From Camelus dromedarius (lineage: Eukaryota), in NCBI RefSeq assembly GCF_036321535.1, contig NC_087436.1:61320001-61384000 (forward strand): a stretch of DNA of 64,000 nucleotides. The letters run 5' to 3'. Below, piece by piece: positions 12,411 to 24,870 of the stretch. A model generated the notes under the pieces. It ran no database searches. It saw only the letters and a list, made by a program, of their open reading frames with translations, and was not told where the DNA came from. Numbering within the stretch: position 1 is the first letter of the stretch; each line of letters begins with the position of its first letter. The translations under genes and the position numbers were made by a program.

Positions 12411-13714
12411 GTGTGTCATGCCTCTTCACTGTCTCTTTCATATTTTTCCTCTTCAGCAGTATGAAGAACAGCTGCTTGTCTCTCTGGCCCTATAATGCAT
12501 TGGAAGGAGCCACAGTTTGTGTATCAGCCTAATGCATTTATTTAAAAAATTTTTTAATGTTAAAAAGCTTGTCCCTCAAGTTCAATTTGCTTGAAATCAT
12601 TTTTTTTTTAAGCCTGTTTATGTGAGAAGGCAGCTGAGTGGACCAGCATAAACGAGCACATTCTCTCCTGGTTGGTTGCTCCTTTCCTAGTGTGCTGGTG
12701 CCTGGGAGAGTACTAGTCAAGGACAAGCTCTCAGGTGGCGTCCACCTGAAAGCAAATGTGACTTTCCAACTCTTACCCTTCACCAACCTGGGCGAGCGTT
12801 GCTACCTTCCGAAGCACCAGTTGTTATGTCCAGAGTGCCCTGTAGAGGGCAGCCTTTCCTTTCCCATGTTTTACTGTCCTGGAAAAAGTCCTGGCCTTTA
12901 CCTGGGATGGAATGGGCTTGTTTGTCACCTAAGTGCAAATGTCATTTTAGCACTTTGCTGGTCACAACACCCCTTCTGGCCTTTATAGGAAATGACATAT
13001 TCTTGTGTTCTTTGTCTCCAACACATGCTGCAAGAAGGCAGTTATTATGCTTTAAAAGGTAGGAAAGAAAATGCAGAGACCTGTAGGTCAAATATCAGGG
13101 AGCACAGAGAACAAAAATCAGGTTTCCATGTCACTTGGGCCTTGTGGAAAGTAGAGAAAAGAAAGGATTGGCTTTGTGTCCTGTTGCTATTAACAAGCTT
13201 TCCACTGTCATTTCTCTTCCCGGGGTCAGAGGGATAGTAAAACAAGATTGATACTCTCTTGAACGGATTGGCTTTCCCTCCTTCCATCTCCGCAGTTTTG
13301 CTCCCAGCCCACCACTTCCCCATCCCTTGCCCTCCTTTCCTCCCTGCTTGTGTGCCCCTGCCATGTAGGTCTCTTTATCAGTCCCTTGAGCTGTTCTTGG
13401 CACAGATGCAGCAGCTGAGAGGTGCTGGTGCTGCCAAATGCCCAGCAGCGGCAGGTGCCAGGGAGGCATGTAGTGGCCTGAGACAGCTTAGGAAGAGCAG
13501 TTTTATGGCCTATTACAGTGCTTGCTTTCCCTCAAGGCACAAGCTGACAAGTGGTTCCATTCTGCCTAGGTCTCTGAGACACTAAAACTTGCTTTGAATT
13601 ACAATCACCACTGCTCCTGGCCAGATCTCACAATGTCCAGAGGTACGAGGTACTTTCTTCACCAGGGGCAGTGATATTCACAGCTGGTTTTTCTTCCTAT
13701 CTGACATTACACCG

Positions 13715-13985
13715 AATAATACTGTTATTGAACACTCACCTAACACATCCCAAGTGCCAAGAGTGCCCTACATGCTGTTCAAATGTTATCTCATTTACTC
13801 CTCATCTCTCAGCACTCCTTTGAGGGAGGTACTATTACAAACCTTGTTTTCAGATCAGGAATTGGTGACACGAGAGAGGTTACATACCTTGCTCATGGGA
13901 ATATACCCATTGATGGGCAGATCCGGGCTGAGCTTCCAATCCAAGCAGTGTGGCTCCCCTCCCTGCCCCTCAACACCATGCTCTG
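13715..13985 (-). mobile_element. MIR SINE
   Basis: TTATTGAACACTCACC...GAGGTACTATTACAAACCTTGTTTTCAGATCAGGAATTGGTGACACGAGAGAGGTTA. Confidence 0.7.
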
Positions 13986-15099
13986 TTAGTTTGGGAGACA
14001 GCAGTGAGCTCACGTTCTCTGAGAAGAGAGGAAAGCTTACCTTTAAGAAAGTATGAGAATGTTGTGCTGCCTCAGTTTCTCCAAGATGGTCTGTCTTGGG
14101 AGGCAAAGTGCTGTAGACTGCTACAGACAGCAGTAAGCAGCAGCATTATCAGCTGCCTCTTCCAGCAGGATCTTCTCCACCTGCCAGGACAGTCTCAGCG
14201 TGTGCCATGGACCACAGTGCATGTCATGCCATTGATTTCTCATTGGAAACAAAATTGCCCAGCCTCAGCTATTCCTAGGGGCTGCTAAGTGCTTCAAAGA
14301 GCAAAGTCCTTACCTTTAAGTTAATTAAGTAAACAAAGGCTGCCTGTGTCTACTACATGCCAGCACAAAGCTCAGTTTTGGGGATATGGAGTTCATAAGA
14401 CACAGTCTTGCTGTCTAGTACCTCGAGGTCTGGAGAGGGGCAGATAAGTCATCGGTGCCAGAAAGCCTGTATCTTTGCCCTAGGGTTGCACTCAAGGAGG
14501 TAGATGCAAAGTCCCTCTGTCCCTCTTCAGGGTTCTGATAAATGGGGTGTGACCCAGAATCTTAGTAAGTAGGACTGACTGCAAGTCTTGGACTGGAGGA
14601 ACTACCACCTCTATCAAGGAAGCTATCCTGGAACATAGCAAACTACTCCTTGCTGTAAACTCCTAACAGAGCAAGGAGAGTGACTTGTGGCTCACATATG
14701 GAGTGGGCAGTTGAAGCTTTAATTTCAAAAGCATTATCTGCTGCTCATTTATTGACAGCACCTGGAAAGTGTATTATCTCCACGGGACATTTCTGCTGCA
14801 CCCAAGTTTCATTAGGTCGATCTTGAAGGAGGAATCTGTCCCCTGGTTTGGAATCTTTACATTTGGAGGCATGTGCACCTCGTCCTAGCATATGCCACCA
14901 AGAAGGAAGAGAAGAAAGAAAAGATAATACTGCCGGATTTGAACCTGAAGGTAGATGTGAGGAAGAGGGAAGAGAAGGAGGAGCCACCAGAGGGAAAAAT
15001 GCCCCAAGGAAGAACAGGCTGGGCCAGCTGGAGCTGTGATGGGAAATACATGTGTGGTGCTGACTCTGGTCCTGACACTGCTCCTATGACCTCATGTTC

Positions 15100-15290
15100 C
15101 ACCATTCACAGCAATCCTGGAAGGGAGTGACTATTACTATCCCCATTTCATAGATGAGTTAACTGAGGCACAGAGTAGCCAAGTAATTTTTCCAGGGGCA
15201 CATAATAAGCAAGTAGCTGATCTAGGATTTGAACCCAGCAGCCCGGCTGCAGAGTCTAGGGTCCTAACCACACATCACTCTGCCTCTAGA
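15100..15290 (-). mobile_element. MIR SINE
   Basis: TATCCCCATTTCATAGATGAGTTAACTGAGGCACAGAG...GGATTTGAACCCAG. Confidence 0.85.
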
Positions 15291-15804
15291 AATAAAAAAA
15301 ATTACTCTATCCAGTGGCACAGAATATTCTGCTCAGTAGGGCTTGTTTCTTTTCTTCTGTGTGGGCAGGCGATAATGTTCAACTTCAAATTCGACCAAGT
15401 GCCTCACAGCCAGCTGTTTGGAAGTAGGCAGGTATTCTTGGATCCTAGAAGTGTGGGACTCAGCTGTGACCAGGCCTTCTGGCATCAAGCACATCAGTGG
15501 GGCATTCTTACTTCAGGCTAGAGGAGTCTATGACAAAATGGGCTTGTGTTCAAATCCTGCCAGGAGTCTCTGTTCAGGCAGGAAATGGGATTTAGAAAAG
15601 GAGCACTTGTAGCTCGTAGAGGCACATGGCCCTGGACCCACAAACTGGGCTCAGGCTCCAGGAAATCAGAAACCACAAGCTGATCAGCACAGAAGAGGAG
15701 GGAGGGGACTTTTTTCTCCCAGTGATCCAGTGAAGCGGCTCCTGACTTATACTCCTGATGTCCCAGAATAAGTGTCTGTCCTCTGTGGTGCAATAAGACA
15801 CTGT

Positions 15805-15965
15805 AGTTGTTTGTCTAGGAATCTGTCTCCTCAGCTAGCCTGTGAATTCTAAAGCAAGTAACTGTATTTTATTCACCTTAACATTTCTGATGCCTGGAAT
15901 GGTGTCTGTGTAGCATTAGGGACTTCAGATAGTCTTCAAAATGTTATTATGTGAATTAATGATTA
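15805..15965 (+). mobile_element. L2 3' end fragment
   Basis: TCTGTCTCCTCAGCTAGCCTGTGAATT...TTTTATTCACC...TGCCTGGAATGGTGTCTG...GTGAATTAATG. Confidence 0.6.
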
Positions 15966-16660
15966 AGAAATAGGTTTGTCTGTTAGTCCAAGAAGTGATT
16001 ATGTAGAGCAAAGCACAAAGCACCATGATGGATTACAAAGATAATCTCATATTTTGGGGTAAATACTCTGCCCTGTGGTTCTTAGAAGTGGGGTCAGGAG
16101 GAGTTGACTATATGCAGTATGCATCCTGCACACACACACACATATGCCCACACACGTGTTTATGTTCGTTTCGTTTCTGTACCATTTTGGAATCTGAAAG
16201 GGAGGACTGTAAGAGAATGTCATGTCAGGCAATTGTGCTTTTCAGTGTTCTCCATTCAATAAGCCTGCCACGCTTACAAAGTTTGCATAATACCTTGTTC
16301 ATTAAGACCCATAAATTAGCACTGTTTTAATTGATTCCCTACAGGCAATAAATAAAATGACACGAAATGACATTAAAGGGGAGAAATGACACTAGGTAGG
16401 TGTTTTTCTTCTTCCCCTCCCTGCATTCCCTGAGGTCTGATAACCCTTCCTCCTCACACTCTCCACGTGGCAGGCTTTTGTTCCAACCCTTTCACGAAAA
16501 GACCAATACCTTGAATGGGTTCCAGAGCTTCCAGAGAGCCTCAGCTCCTGCGTTTGGTACCATGAGTTGCCAGGGCAGGCTGTGACCGAAAAAGGAGTAG
16601 GTTCTGTCAGGCTGCAGACTAGGGGTAGAATTGTGCTAATTATGGAAACAACTCTAATTG

Positions 16661-16835
16661 GTTTTTTTCTTCTTTCCTTTATTTATTTATTTGTGTAGGA
16701 TGTGTGGGGGAGTTGCAATTTTGAATTTTTTTATTATTATTTTTCTCTCTCTTTTTTCCTGGAAGTACTGGGGATTGAACCCAGGACCTTGTGCATGCTA
16801 AGCACACACTACTACTGAGCTATATCCCTCCCCCT
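16661..16835 (-). mobile_element. tRNA-Ala(AGC)-derived SINE (camelid type) with 16-bp target-site duplication
   Basis: Minus strand reads GGGGGAGGGATATAGCTCAGTAGTAGTGTGTGCTTAGCATGCACAAGGTCCTGGGTTCAATCCCCAGTACTTCC (A and B boxes) followed by an A-rich tail. TSD is GAAACAACTCTAATTG (16645-16660) and GAAACAGCTCTAATTG (16836-16851). Confidence 0.92.
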
Positions 16836-16974
16836 GAAACAGCTCTAATTGTGAAATCAAAATCTTGATCCCTTATTAAAGCAATTTCAGTCATTATGTG
16901 CCATTGTCATTAGAGTCACCCTAGCTCACTGGTCTCTGACTATAAACAAGCTATTTTGGGAATGGCAGGGAAGC

Positions 16975-17200
16975 TAGTGTTTATGAGGTCCATTCTTTGC
17001 CAGAGCTTGCTCTGGGGGTTACACATGATCTTGCACCACAATCATGATAAACTGAGGTCAGTTTCTCTATTTCTGTAGATAAAAGCACAGAGATTCAGAG
17101 AGGTTAATTATCTGGCTAAAGAACATATACTTTGCAAGAAATGGAGCCAAGATTTAAATCCATGTCTGTACAGCCTTAAAGTCTCTGTTCTTTCTACAGA
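16975..17200 (-). mobile_element. MIR SINE
   Basis: TTTCTGTAGATAAAAGCACAGAGATTCAGAGAGGTTAATTATCTGGCTAAAG...GGAGCCAAGATTTAAATCC. Confidence 0.7.
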
Positions 17201-18431
17201 ATTGTGTTGTTATGCTAGCTTTTGTGGTTTGATCATAGGAGAATCAGGAAGGGGCCATTGCTCCTTGAATAGTTCTCCCCTCTCTGCCTACTGCTGTACG
17301 ACTTTCACAGAGAAATTTGGTGACATGCATGAATAGATCAGGGTTTATGTACATCTATATGTTTCTTCTCAGTAATATTTGCATCTAAAGGGGGCCCTAA
17401 TTGTGGAATAAAAATATTTGTCCCATATTTATACATTTTGTTTATTGCTATACCCTCAGTACCTAGAATTGTGCCTGACACATAGTAGGTAATCAGTGTA
17501 TTTTTACTGAATAAATTAAAGCAATATCAGTCATCAGACAGTTTGGGAGAAATTTTGGGGGGTCGAGCAATATAGAACCGGGGTGTCTTGTTTCCAGAAC
17601 CCCTGAAATCACACACCTTAAGCAATGGTTCACTCTACCTACAGGTAAAGCTGAATTTATGTCTTCAAACAATGCCGACAGAAACCTCAGGGGTAGGCCC
17701 AAGACATAGACAGAAGTGTGTGAAAACTGAAATAATTAAAGACAAGGAGTAAGAGGGAGGAAGATAGGTAGGAAAGAGTACGAGGAAAGGATGCAGAACT
17801 GTGCAGAGCAGGAACACGTCATAGTGTTTTCTGGTCTGTCCATACTCTGCAACGTTGCTCGTATTCCCCTCTAGTCTTCTTTCGGGGGCAGTACAGGGCC
17901 CTGAAGGGTTAATGTTATGCAAGTATGGAGGCTGTAAGGCTTCCAGGATGGTGTGCTCTTCAGGCCCATGCCAGATATGACTACCAGAGGGCAACAGGAG
18001 ATCAGCCTCAGTGTTTTCCACCCAGGGTCCTGGGGCAGTAATTCAGGAAAGAGATCTGGGATGAAGGTGGAGGAAGGGTAGGTAGTGGTCACAGTGGGAT
18101 GGGTGTGCCAGTGTTGAAGGTGGAAAGAGGAGATCTGTGGGAGAAGAGGGATCCCTATGGTGATTTTGGAGGGCAATAGGTCTTGATGGGGACTTGTGGT
18201 TAAATTCCTTGCAGTTCTTAAATAGATTAAGTGCCTTGGACAGAATGTAGACAAAGATATCTCACTGTCTAGATCCAGTAGACTATGAGCTCCAAAGGGC
18301 TGGTACTGCTGACCTAGTTCACATAGAAATTCATCAGCCACATATAGTGAGTGATTGATACAGATATTTCAGACACTTTTAACCAAGGGTCCTACCATCC
18401 ATGAAAAAACTTCCTGGATTTTATCCAATTT

Positions 18432-18470
18432 TGTGTGTGTGTCTGTGTGTGTGTGAGAGTGAGAGAGAGC

Positions 18471-18538
<68 letters not shown>
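18432..18538. repeat. Compound (TG)n-(AG)~33 microsatellite, probably inside an old hAT MITE
   Basis: Uninterrupted AG run 18472-18538 preceded by an interrupted TG run. Confidence 0.95.
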
Positions 18539-18542
<4 letters not shown>

Positions 18543-18706
18543 TCATGTGAATTTTTTAGGGAATAGAGACTTTTGCATTGGTCCGAGTTTTTCCAAAGAG
18601 AGTAGGTGGCCCCTAAACCATTTAGCCACTGTTTTGGCTAAAGCTTGTCAATTGCTGTGATCAAAATTCCATAAAAATTTCCAGGTCCCTCACCAGACAA
18701 CTATCC

Positions 18707-19125
18707 TGTGTTAGGATAGCACCAGTTGCTGTAACAAATGGATCTTTAAAAGGCATATTGGGTCAAATAAATGTCACATGCAGAAGACATTTATCTCTTG
18801 CTCAAATAAGAATTTGAGGAAGTCCCTAGTCAGTGGTAGTCTTTGGAGGACCACGGCTTCTGTGTCTCTGCCATATTCCGTGGAAGGCTTCGAATGTCAC
18901 CCTTAGGGGTTGACATCATAGTCAATCAGGAAGGGAAGAGTTTCATTGCATGAAGGAGTCTCTTAAGGATTGGACCTGAAAATGGTACATATCATCTCCT
19001 CTCACATTCAGTTGAGCTCAGTCACTTAAAGATAACGTTTGCAGCGGAAGCTCTGAACTGTAGTCCAGTGGTGCTCAGGTAGATGAGACAAAGCATTTTG
19101 GTGAGCAGCTGGAATTCCTGCCACT
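18707..19125 (-). mobile_element. MLT1 (ERVL-MaLR) LTR
   Basis: TGTGTTAGGATAGCACCAGTTGCTGTAACAAA...ATTTATCTCTTGCTCA...TTTTGGTGAGCAGCTGGAATTCCTGCCAC is a typical antisense MLT1 layout. Confidence 0.65.
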
Positions 19126-20319
19126 TCTCTTCTGTTTATAACCAAGTGTGCTCGCAGTAGTACTCTTCAGGCAGTAGTGCCAGTGCAAAGTGCTAATGAC
19201 TGATGATCTGACTCTTTCTCCTTCTTGGGACTCCAGATGATTTTTAAAACCTTGATATTAATGGATAGTGGTGTCTCCTACTTCAAACTCTCAATGTCTT
19301 TGATTATTTTTACAGGGTTCCTGTCTACTTTGAGAAAGTGGACATTTTCTGGGGGTAAGACAGTCTCACATATTTCCTCATCCAAAGTGGTCCCAAGAGT
19401 CAGGAGACTGGAAGATATTTTAGGGGAGTATCCCAGACATACTGGCTCTGGCATTTTTAGTGCTCTTATTGGGAGACAGTAAGCATAGCAGGTCTGACTC
19501 AGTCTGGCCAAGCAGTACACTTTCAATCCAGGTTAGCCAGTATCCTTACTGCTTTTCATTGATCTGAGAAGATTATGGGTTTTTGTTTCTCTTGCTGATG
19601 GTAAGGATATGATTAGGCTGAGAGGAAGCAGAATAGAAGCAATAGATTTTTATGTGGAAGGAAGGGGGCTTTGAGAAAGAAGAAATTAATGGTAGGTGAG
19701 AAAAAGAGGAGGAACAGTCAGAAAATGGAAGAAGAGAAAAGAAGATGAAAGAGAAAGAAGATGTACAATACAAGACATTTTAATGTCATGGAATGTGATC
19801 CTAGTAACACAGGATTGGAAGACCTATGGTTCTGTGCACTCTTTCTCCTTGCTTTTATTGACACTCATTTATGCTTAGTCTCGATTTATTTATCTTTTGA
19901 GTAGTCTTGAAGTATTATTTTTATTTTTATAATCTACCTGAAGTCTGTAGTGAGGGTATTGATATGTAAAGAAAATAGAGTTGCCCTAGGAACCTAGTTA
20001 ATTACTACTTGCCATTTTTTAGTATTAGCTGATCTTAGCAAATAATAATACTGCTATGTACAGTTTACTATTCGAAGATGATCATGTATATAATTAATCC
20101 CCACTCTTCTTTGCATTGTTATTCCAGCAGGGGATAGATGTTCAAGGAATAACACTATAATGATGAAACTCACCATTTGGCTGAGAAGTGCATTTATTCA
20201 TTAAGGCATGCTTGCATCAATTAATTAATTAAATGTTTATTGAGGCCTTATTGTATGGGAGATACTAGAAGGGATACAGAGAATAAAAGACAACTCTTTC
20301 CTTTAAGAAGGACCTGACA

Positions 20320-20535
20320 GTTGAATGCCCATCATTGTCAAGGGCTATGCTAGATGTGTCCTAGGCATTTAATTCCCACACACACCCTGTAAGATAATAT
20401 TCTCATAATTTCTCAGACAAGGAAGCTCAGAGAATTTGTATAATGTGCTGAAGGTCACATAAGAAGTTGAATGGAGGGATTGGGATCTGAACTTAGATTT
20501 CATGGAGTCAAAGTCTATCTTCTACATTATGCTGG
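20320..20535 (-). mobile_element. MIR SINE
   Basis: TTTAATTCCCACACACACCCTGTAAG...CAAGGAAGCTCAGAGAATTTGTATAATGTGCTGAAGGTCACA. Confidence 0.65.
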
Positions 20536-20888
20536 TTTTTGGTTACAAGGAGCTAATCTTATGTTTATAAAACAGAAAGAACAAACCAAGTCCATTACTC
20601 GTCTCTGTAGACATGCTTGCTAGTCAAACCAAGCTGTCATCCCTGAGCATTCCACAGCTTCTTGCCTCTCTACCTCTGCTCATGCCTTTATTTTAGCTTA
20701 AAACACCTTCCAGTTATCTCCACTTATTACAGACCTGCCCATTTGTTAAGAGCCAGCTTAAATACATTCTCTTTTAGGAGGCTGAAATCTTCTCTGATTT
20801 TTCTAACAAGAGTGCTTTCTCACTCTTTGAAACTGTACCTCACTTAAGGTAAATTTTCTAGTTGTCTTTGTGCCTGTCTTAGTGTTTT

Positions 20889-21373
20889 TGTGGTAGGCAG
20901 CCTCTAAGATGGCCCCCAATTATCCCCTCCTCCTAGTATTCATATCTTTGTATTATCCCCTCCCCTTATACATGGGCTGGACTTACTGATTCTCTTCTAA
21001 TGAACAGAATATGGCAGAAGTTCTGGGATGTCACTTCTGATACTAGCTGCTTAAAAGATTTTGGCTTCTGTCCTAAACACTCCTTTTTACTTTCTTCTTG
21101 AGAAAACAAGCTGCCCTATAGAGAGGTCCATGTAGTAAGGGATCAAGGTCCATGTGAATGAGTGTGGAAGTGGATTCCCCTCAGTTAAGCTTTCAGATGA
21201 GACTGCAACCCTAGCTGACAGCTTGACTGCAACCTCATTAAGACCTTGAGGCAGAGACAGCCAGCTAGCTGTATCCTGATCCTGTTCCAAAGAAACGGTG
21301 ATACAATAAATATTTGTTGTTTTATGCCACAGTGTTTTGGAGAAATTTATTATACATCAATATAACCAGTATG
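20889..21373 (+). mobile_element. MLT1F-like solo LTR inserted into an L2 3' fragment
   Basis: Starts TGTGGTAGGCAGCCTCTAAGATGGCCCCCAAT and has AATAAATATTTGTTGTTTTATGCCAC near its end. L2-like sequence lies on both sides (about 20630-20888 and 21374-21440). Confidence 0.85.
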
Positions 21374-23789
21374 GCCCTACTAGTCTGTAAATTTCTTGGA
21401 GACCAAGTCTCTTTCTTCTTTGTCTTTCACTTGTATCACCAAGTAAGACGTCTTGCGTCAGTGGCAGGAAGAAATGCCCTCTCTCAAGTCTATGGTACTG
21501 CTGAGGAGGATCTGAAATAGCAAAGATCTTACTAGAATTGATACCACTTCTCCTAGACTGCAAAGAAAGAGCTTGTCCAAGTTACTGTGGTGACTCCTGT
21601 AAGGGAAGCTTGGCTCAGGAAAGAGCCAAAAATGGCTATCCCTGAAATAGCAGGATTCTTGCTTCACAAAGGGCAGCATCCCAAGTCATGCTGATAGGAA
21701 GGATGTCTTTTCTATATAAATAATTGATTTGATTGTCCTCAGGGAAAAATTAGTGCTTACCTTGTCATGTGCTTGTGTCTTAGGTAAACAGTGAGAAAAG
21801 CAGTTATAGCCTTCTCTGCCAGGGTGAAGAAAAACATAATTGGAGCAACAGTCTTGGCTTTTACATGACACTAGATCTCACCTTTTCCCTTTCTCCTTCC
21901 TTTCTGAGTTTGTAACTGAGCACCTTATTAAACACCTAGCTAAAGCCAGAGGACCATAGTGTTTAAGCCACATAAGAAACAAGATTTCTCCATTTTTCCA
22001 CAGAGGTATTTGGGATCTCTTAAAGGAAGGAGAAAGATCACCAAGTTGGCTTAATGAAGGGAGGGATTCCTTGAGAGGAAGACGAGATTGCGAGAGAGTG
22101 AACATCTGTGTACTAGAGTCTTTTTTTTTTTTTTTTTTTTTTTTTCAGAAGTCAGAGCCTTTAAGACCTCTTCCTAGGGGCAAAAAGGAAAGATGAAGCT
22201 AAGACAAAGGAAAGATGGTCTGTTCTTCCCAGACCATCTTGCACTTTGGAGAATTCCTTGATCATTAGGTGAGGATTCTGTGTATCTCTACTGAATCAGG
22301 TGAACCTGAGAAGGTGGGATGGAAGGGACTCAGGAAGGTGTCACCACTGCAGTGCTTCCCAGTTATTTTGCAGGAATTTTGGAGGAGCAGGGCTGAAGGA
22401 CAGGCTGCATCTACTCTCTCTCCCCTTGCTCTTGTTCCACTACTCCCAACCTCTGGCCCCCAAATCTGGGAGTTCCTTGGAGAAGTCCTATTAGATAAAA
22501 GCTTAAGTTCCTTGTTTCATTGGTAGACTCAAAACAGTTTCTGGACCAAGTCCTTGCTGTTAGCATACAAAGGCTATGAGCTGAGAGTGGCCCCCAATAC
22601 TCCAAAGCATAAGGAACAATGTGATTAAATTCCACAATGTCTCTTTAGGTTAGTGTTCCCAAAGCAGAAACCTTGCCACTTTTGAAATGTGCATCTCTGG
22701 GATGAGTGCGTGGCATGAATAATTAAAAATATTAAATGCTTTGTATGTTTTGAGTCTAGCTTTGAGTCTCAATGTGCCGGGACATGTCAAGCAGAGGAAG
22801 TTTAATTTATGTTTGAAAGTTAACCCTAAAACTGTGCTGATGGAAAAATCCTTATTTTATTTTGCTTTGTGTGTTTGATTTCACGGTTGTAGCTAAAGTT
22901 ATCTTGTAAGAAAAAGAGATGTTCTGTTTTTTTCAATATGCTCTCATTTGTTTCCTGCCAATTTTTTCAATATTATGAACACATTTGTTGTGTGTATGTA
23001 TGTTTTAATTAAATCTGCCTTTGTCAGGCTAACAAGTCTCCCATTATTGGCAAGTACAGAAATACTGAAGTAATGAGTTACTTATTGACCATGAAAAGTG
23101 AAAGGATAAGATGTTTTGTGGGGGATGAAACTCAATTTATAATCTTCTGCCCTTTATGAAGGACCTTGTTGAATATTATCTTAGAACTGATCATAGAAAG
23201 ATTTTCCAGAGAAATTAAAAAAGAAAGAAAGAAAAAAAAAAAAACAGCTACACAACAAACTTCTTTAACCTAAATAAACAGAGATTGAAGGAACAATCCA
23301 CAAGAACTATCTTCATTATTCCACAGCCAACAGCAAAGGTTTATATCCCATTATGGTAATGAGCAAACCTTTGAACTTTGCATTGTGTACTGCCAGGCAG
23401 CAGCACTTAAGGCTTAGGCAAACAATGTTTACAATTGCTTTAGGGAGTTGCTAGGATAATACCTCAGCTTGTATTTCTGAGTAGGCTTGATCCTGCCTTC
23501 CCAGCCTGCACTTCCCAAAAGCAGAGGCTCAAAAGCCCTAAAATTGGATGAAAAAGTGGACTGCTGGGAGTAACACATCAAGTAAGATTTCTCCCTGTGC
23601 CTTAGTGCTTCCTCTTATTGCTAAGTAGTGGGTGGGCACAGAGGGAGGTCATGCATCCTATCAGGTCATGACAGTGCTATTTACTCTAAGTTTAGGCAAA
23701 CCCTTCAGAGCTCATTTTCATAATCTTTCAATACTCTGGCCGAATCCACATGCAGCTCATCTAAACATTGGAAAGAACCGATGGGAAAG

Positions 23790-23990
23790 CAGTGCACCAC
23801 AGAGGAAAAATTGGAGTCAGGTGGACCTGGGTTTGCTCCCAACCCTGTAACTTACCTTGAACGATTTTATTTCTCTTTCAGCCTCTATTTTCCCATCTGC
23901 AAAATGGGAGACAGTAAGGAAGGACGTATCATGTCCCATAGGTCAATGTCTGATGAAGAACAGATGCTTGGTAAATGGAAGCTTATAAGA
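23790..23990 (+). mobile_element. MIR SINE
   Basis: GGAGTCAGGTGGACCTGGGTTTG...AGCCTCTATTTTCCCATCTGCAAAATGGG. Confidence 0.75.
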
Positions 23991-24399
23991 AATGGTCAAT
24001 CCAATCAATAGGATTGTTTCTATGACTAATTGAATATGTTTGGTTTTAAAGCTGAACTAACTGGGAAGTTTGATTAAAAACCTGATTGGATATGTATAGA
24101 TATGCAGTTTTAATGGAAAAATATCAGTTGAAACTGTGATTTGCTACCATGGGCAGCAAGGTGCACCACAGATACTTGGTTTGTAGCCTAGACTTCTCAT
24201 GTATTAATTTATGGCATTAGTTACATCTTTAATTGTAGATGTCCTTAGTTGGTTTGAAAGAAGCAATGTGTGTCTCTGATTTTCCACTCTTGTAGCCATA
24301 GAAGAATTTGAGTAAGAATAAGGGTAAGTCAAAGCTGTTCCTTCTTTCTTTAACCTTGGGATATTGTTTACATAGTTAAGAGATATCACAGGGAACAAA

Positions 24400-24836
24400 G
24401 CAGATTCTATATTGCTCAAGTGGCAGGTTCTCTTTTTCTTGGACAGTCAGCCAGACTTCATTTCCCAGCCTGCTTTGCAGTAGATGAGGCCGTGTGACTG
24501 AGGTCTAGCCCATGGATTGTGAATGGAAGTCTCAGGCTCCACCTTCCTGCTGGGCTCACTGAAGCCTCTTACGTGTTCCTCCATGCTCCCTTTCCCCTTT
24601 CAGCAGACTGGAGTGCAGGTGACTAGGGTCATCGTGGAAGCTACATGTTGAAGATGGCCAACCCTTGGTTGCCTCCATCAGCCTTCTTTCTGAATAACTA
24701 TTTAGAAGTCCAGCTTACTAATTTATTTAATTACCCAGTACTAGTAAGTGAGTAAGAAATAAACTTCTGTTGTCTCAGAGCCATTATATATTTTGGGGCC
24801 TATTTGTTACAACAGCTAATTTACCCTATTATTACA
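24400..24836 (+). mobile_element. MLT1 (ERVL-MaLR) LTR
   Basis: CATTTCCCAGCCTGCTTTGCAGTAGATGAGGCCGTGTGACTGAG...AGAAATAAACTTCTGTTG...TATTTGTTACAACAGC. Confidence 0.8.
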
Positions 24837-24870
24837 CATATTCTATTACTGTGGACTGGACTTTTCATGT

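Noticed and set aside
16760..16834. Functional tRNA-Ala gene (also 43382-43453)
   Set aside because: The D-arm is disrupted, and the A-rich tail and target-site duplication show these are SINE copies.
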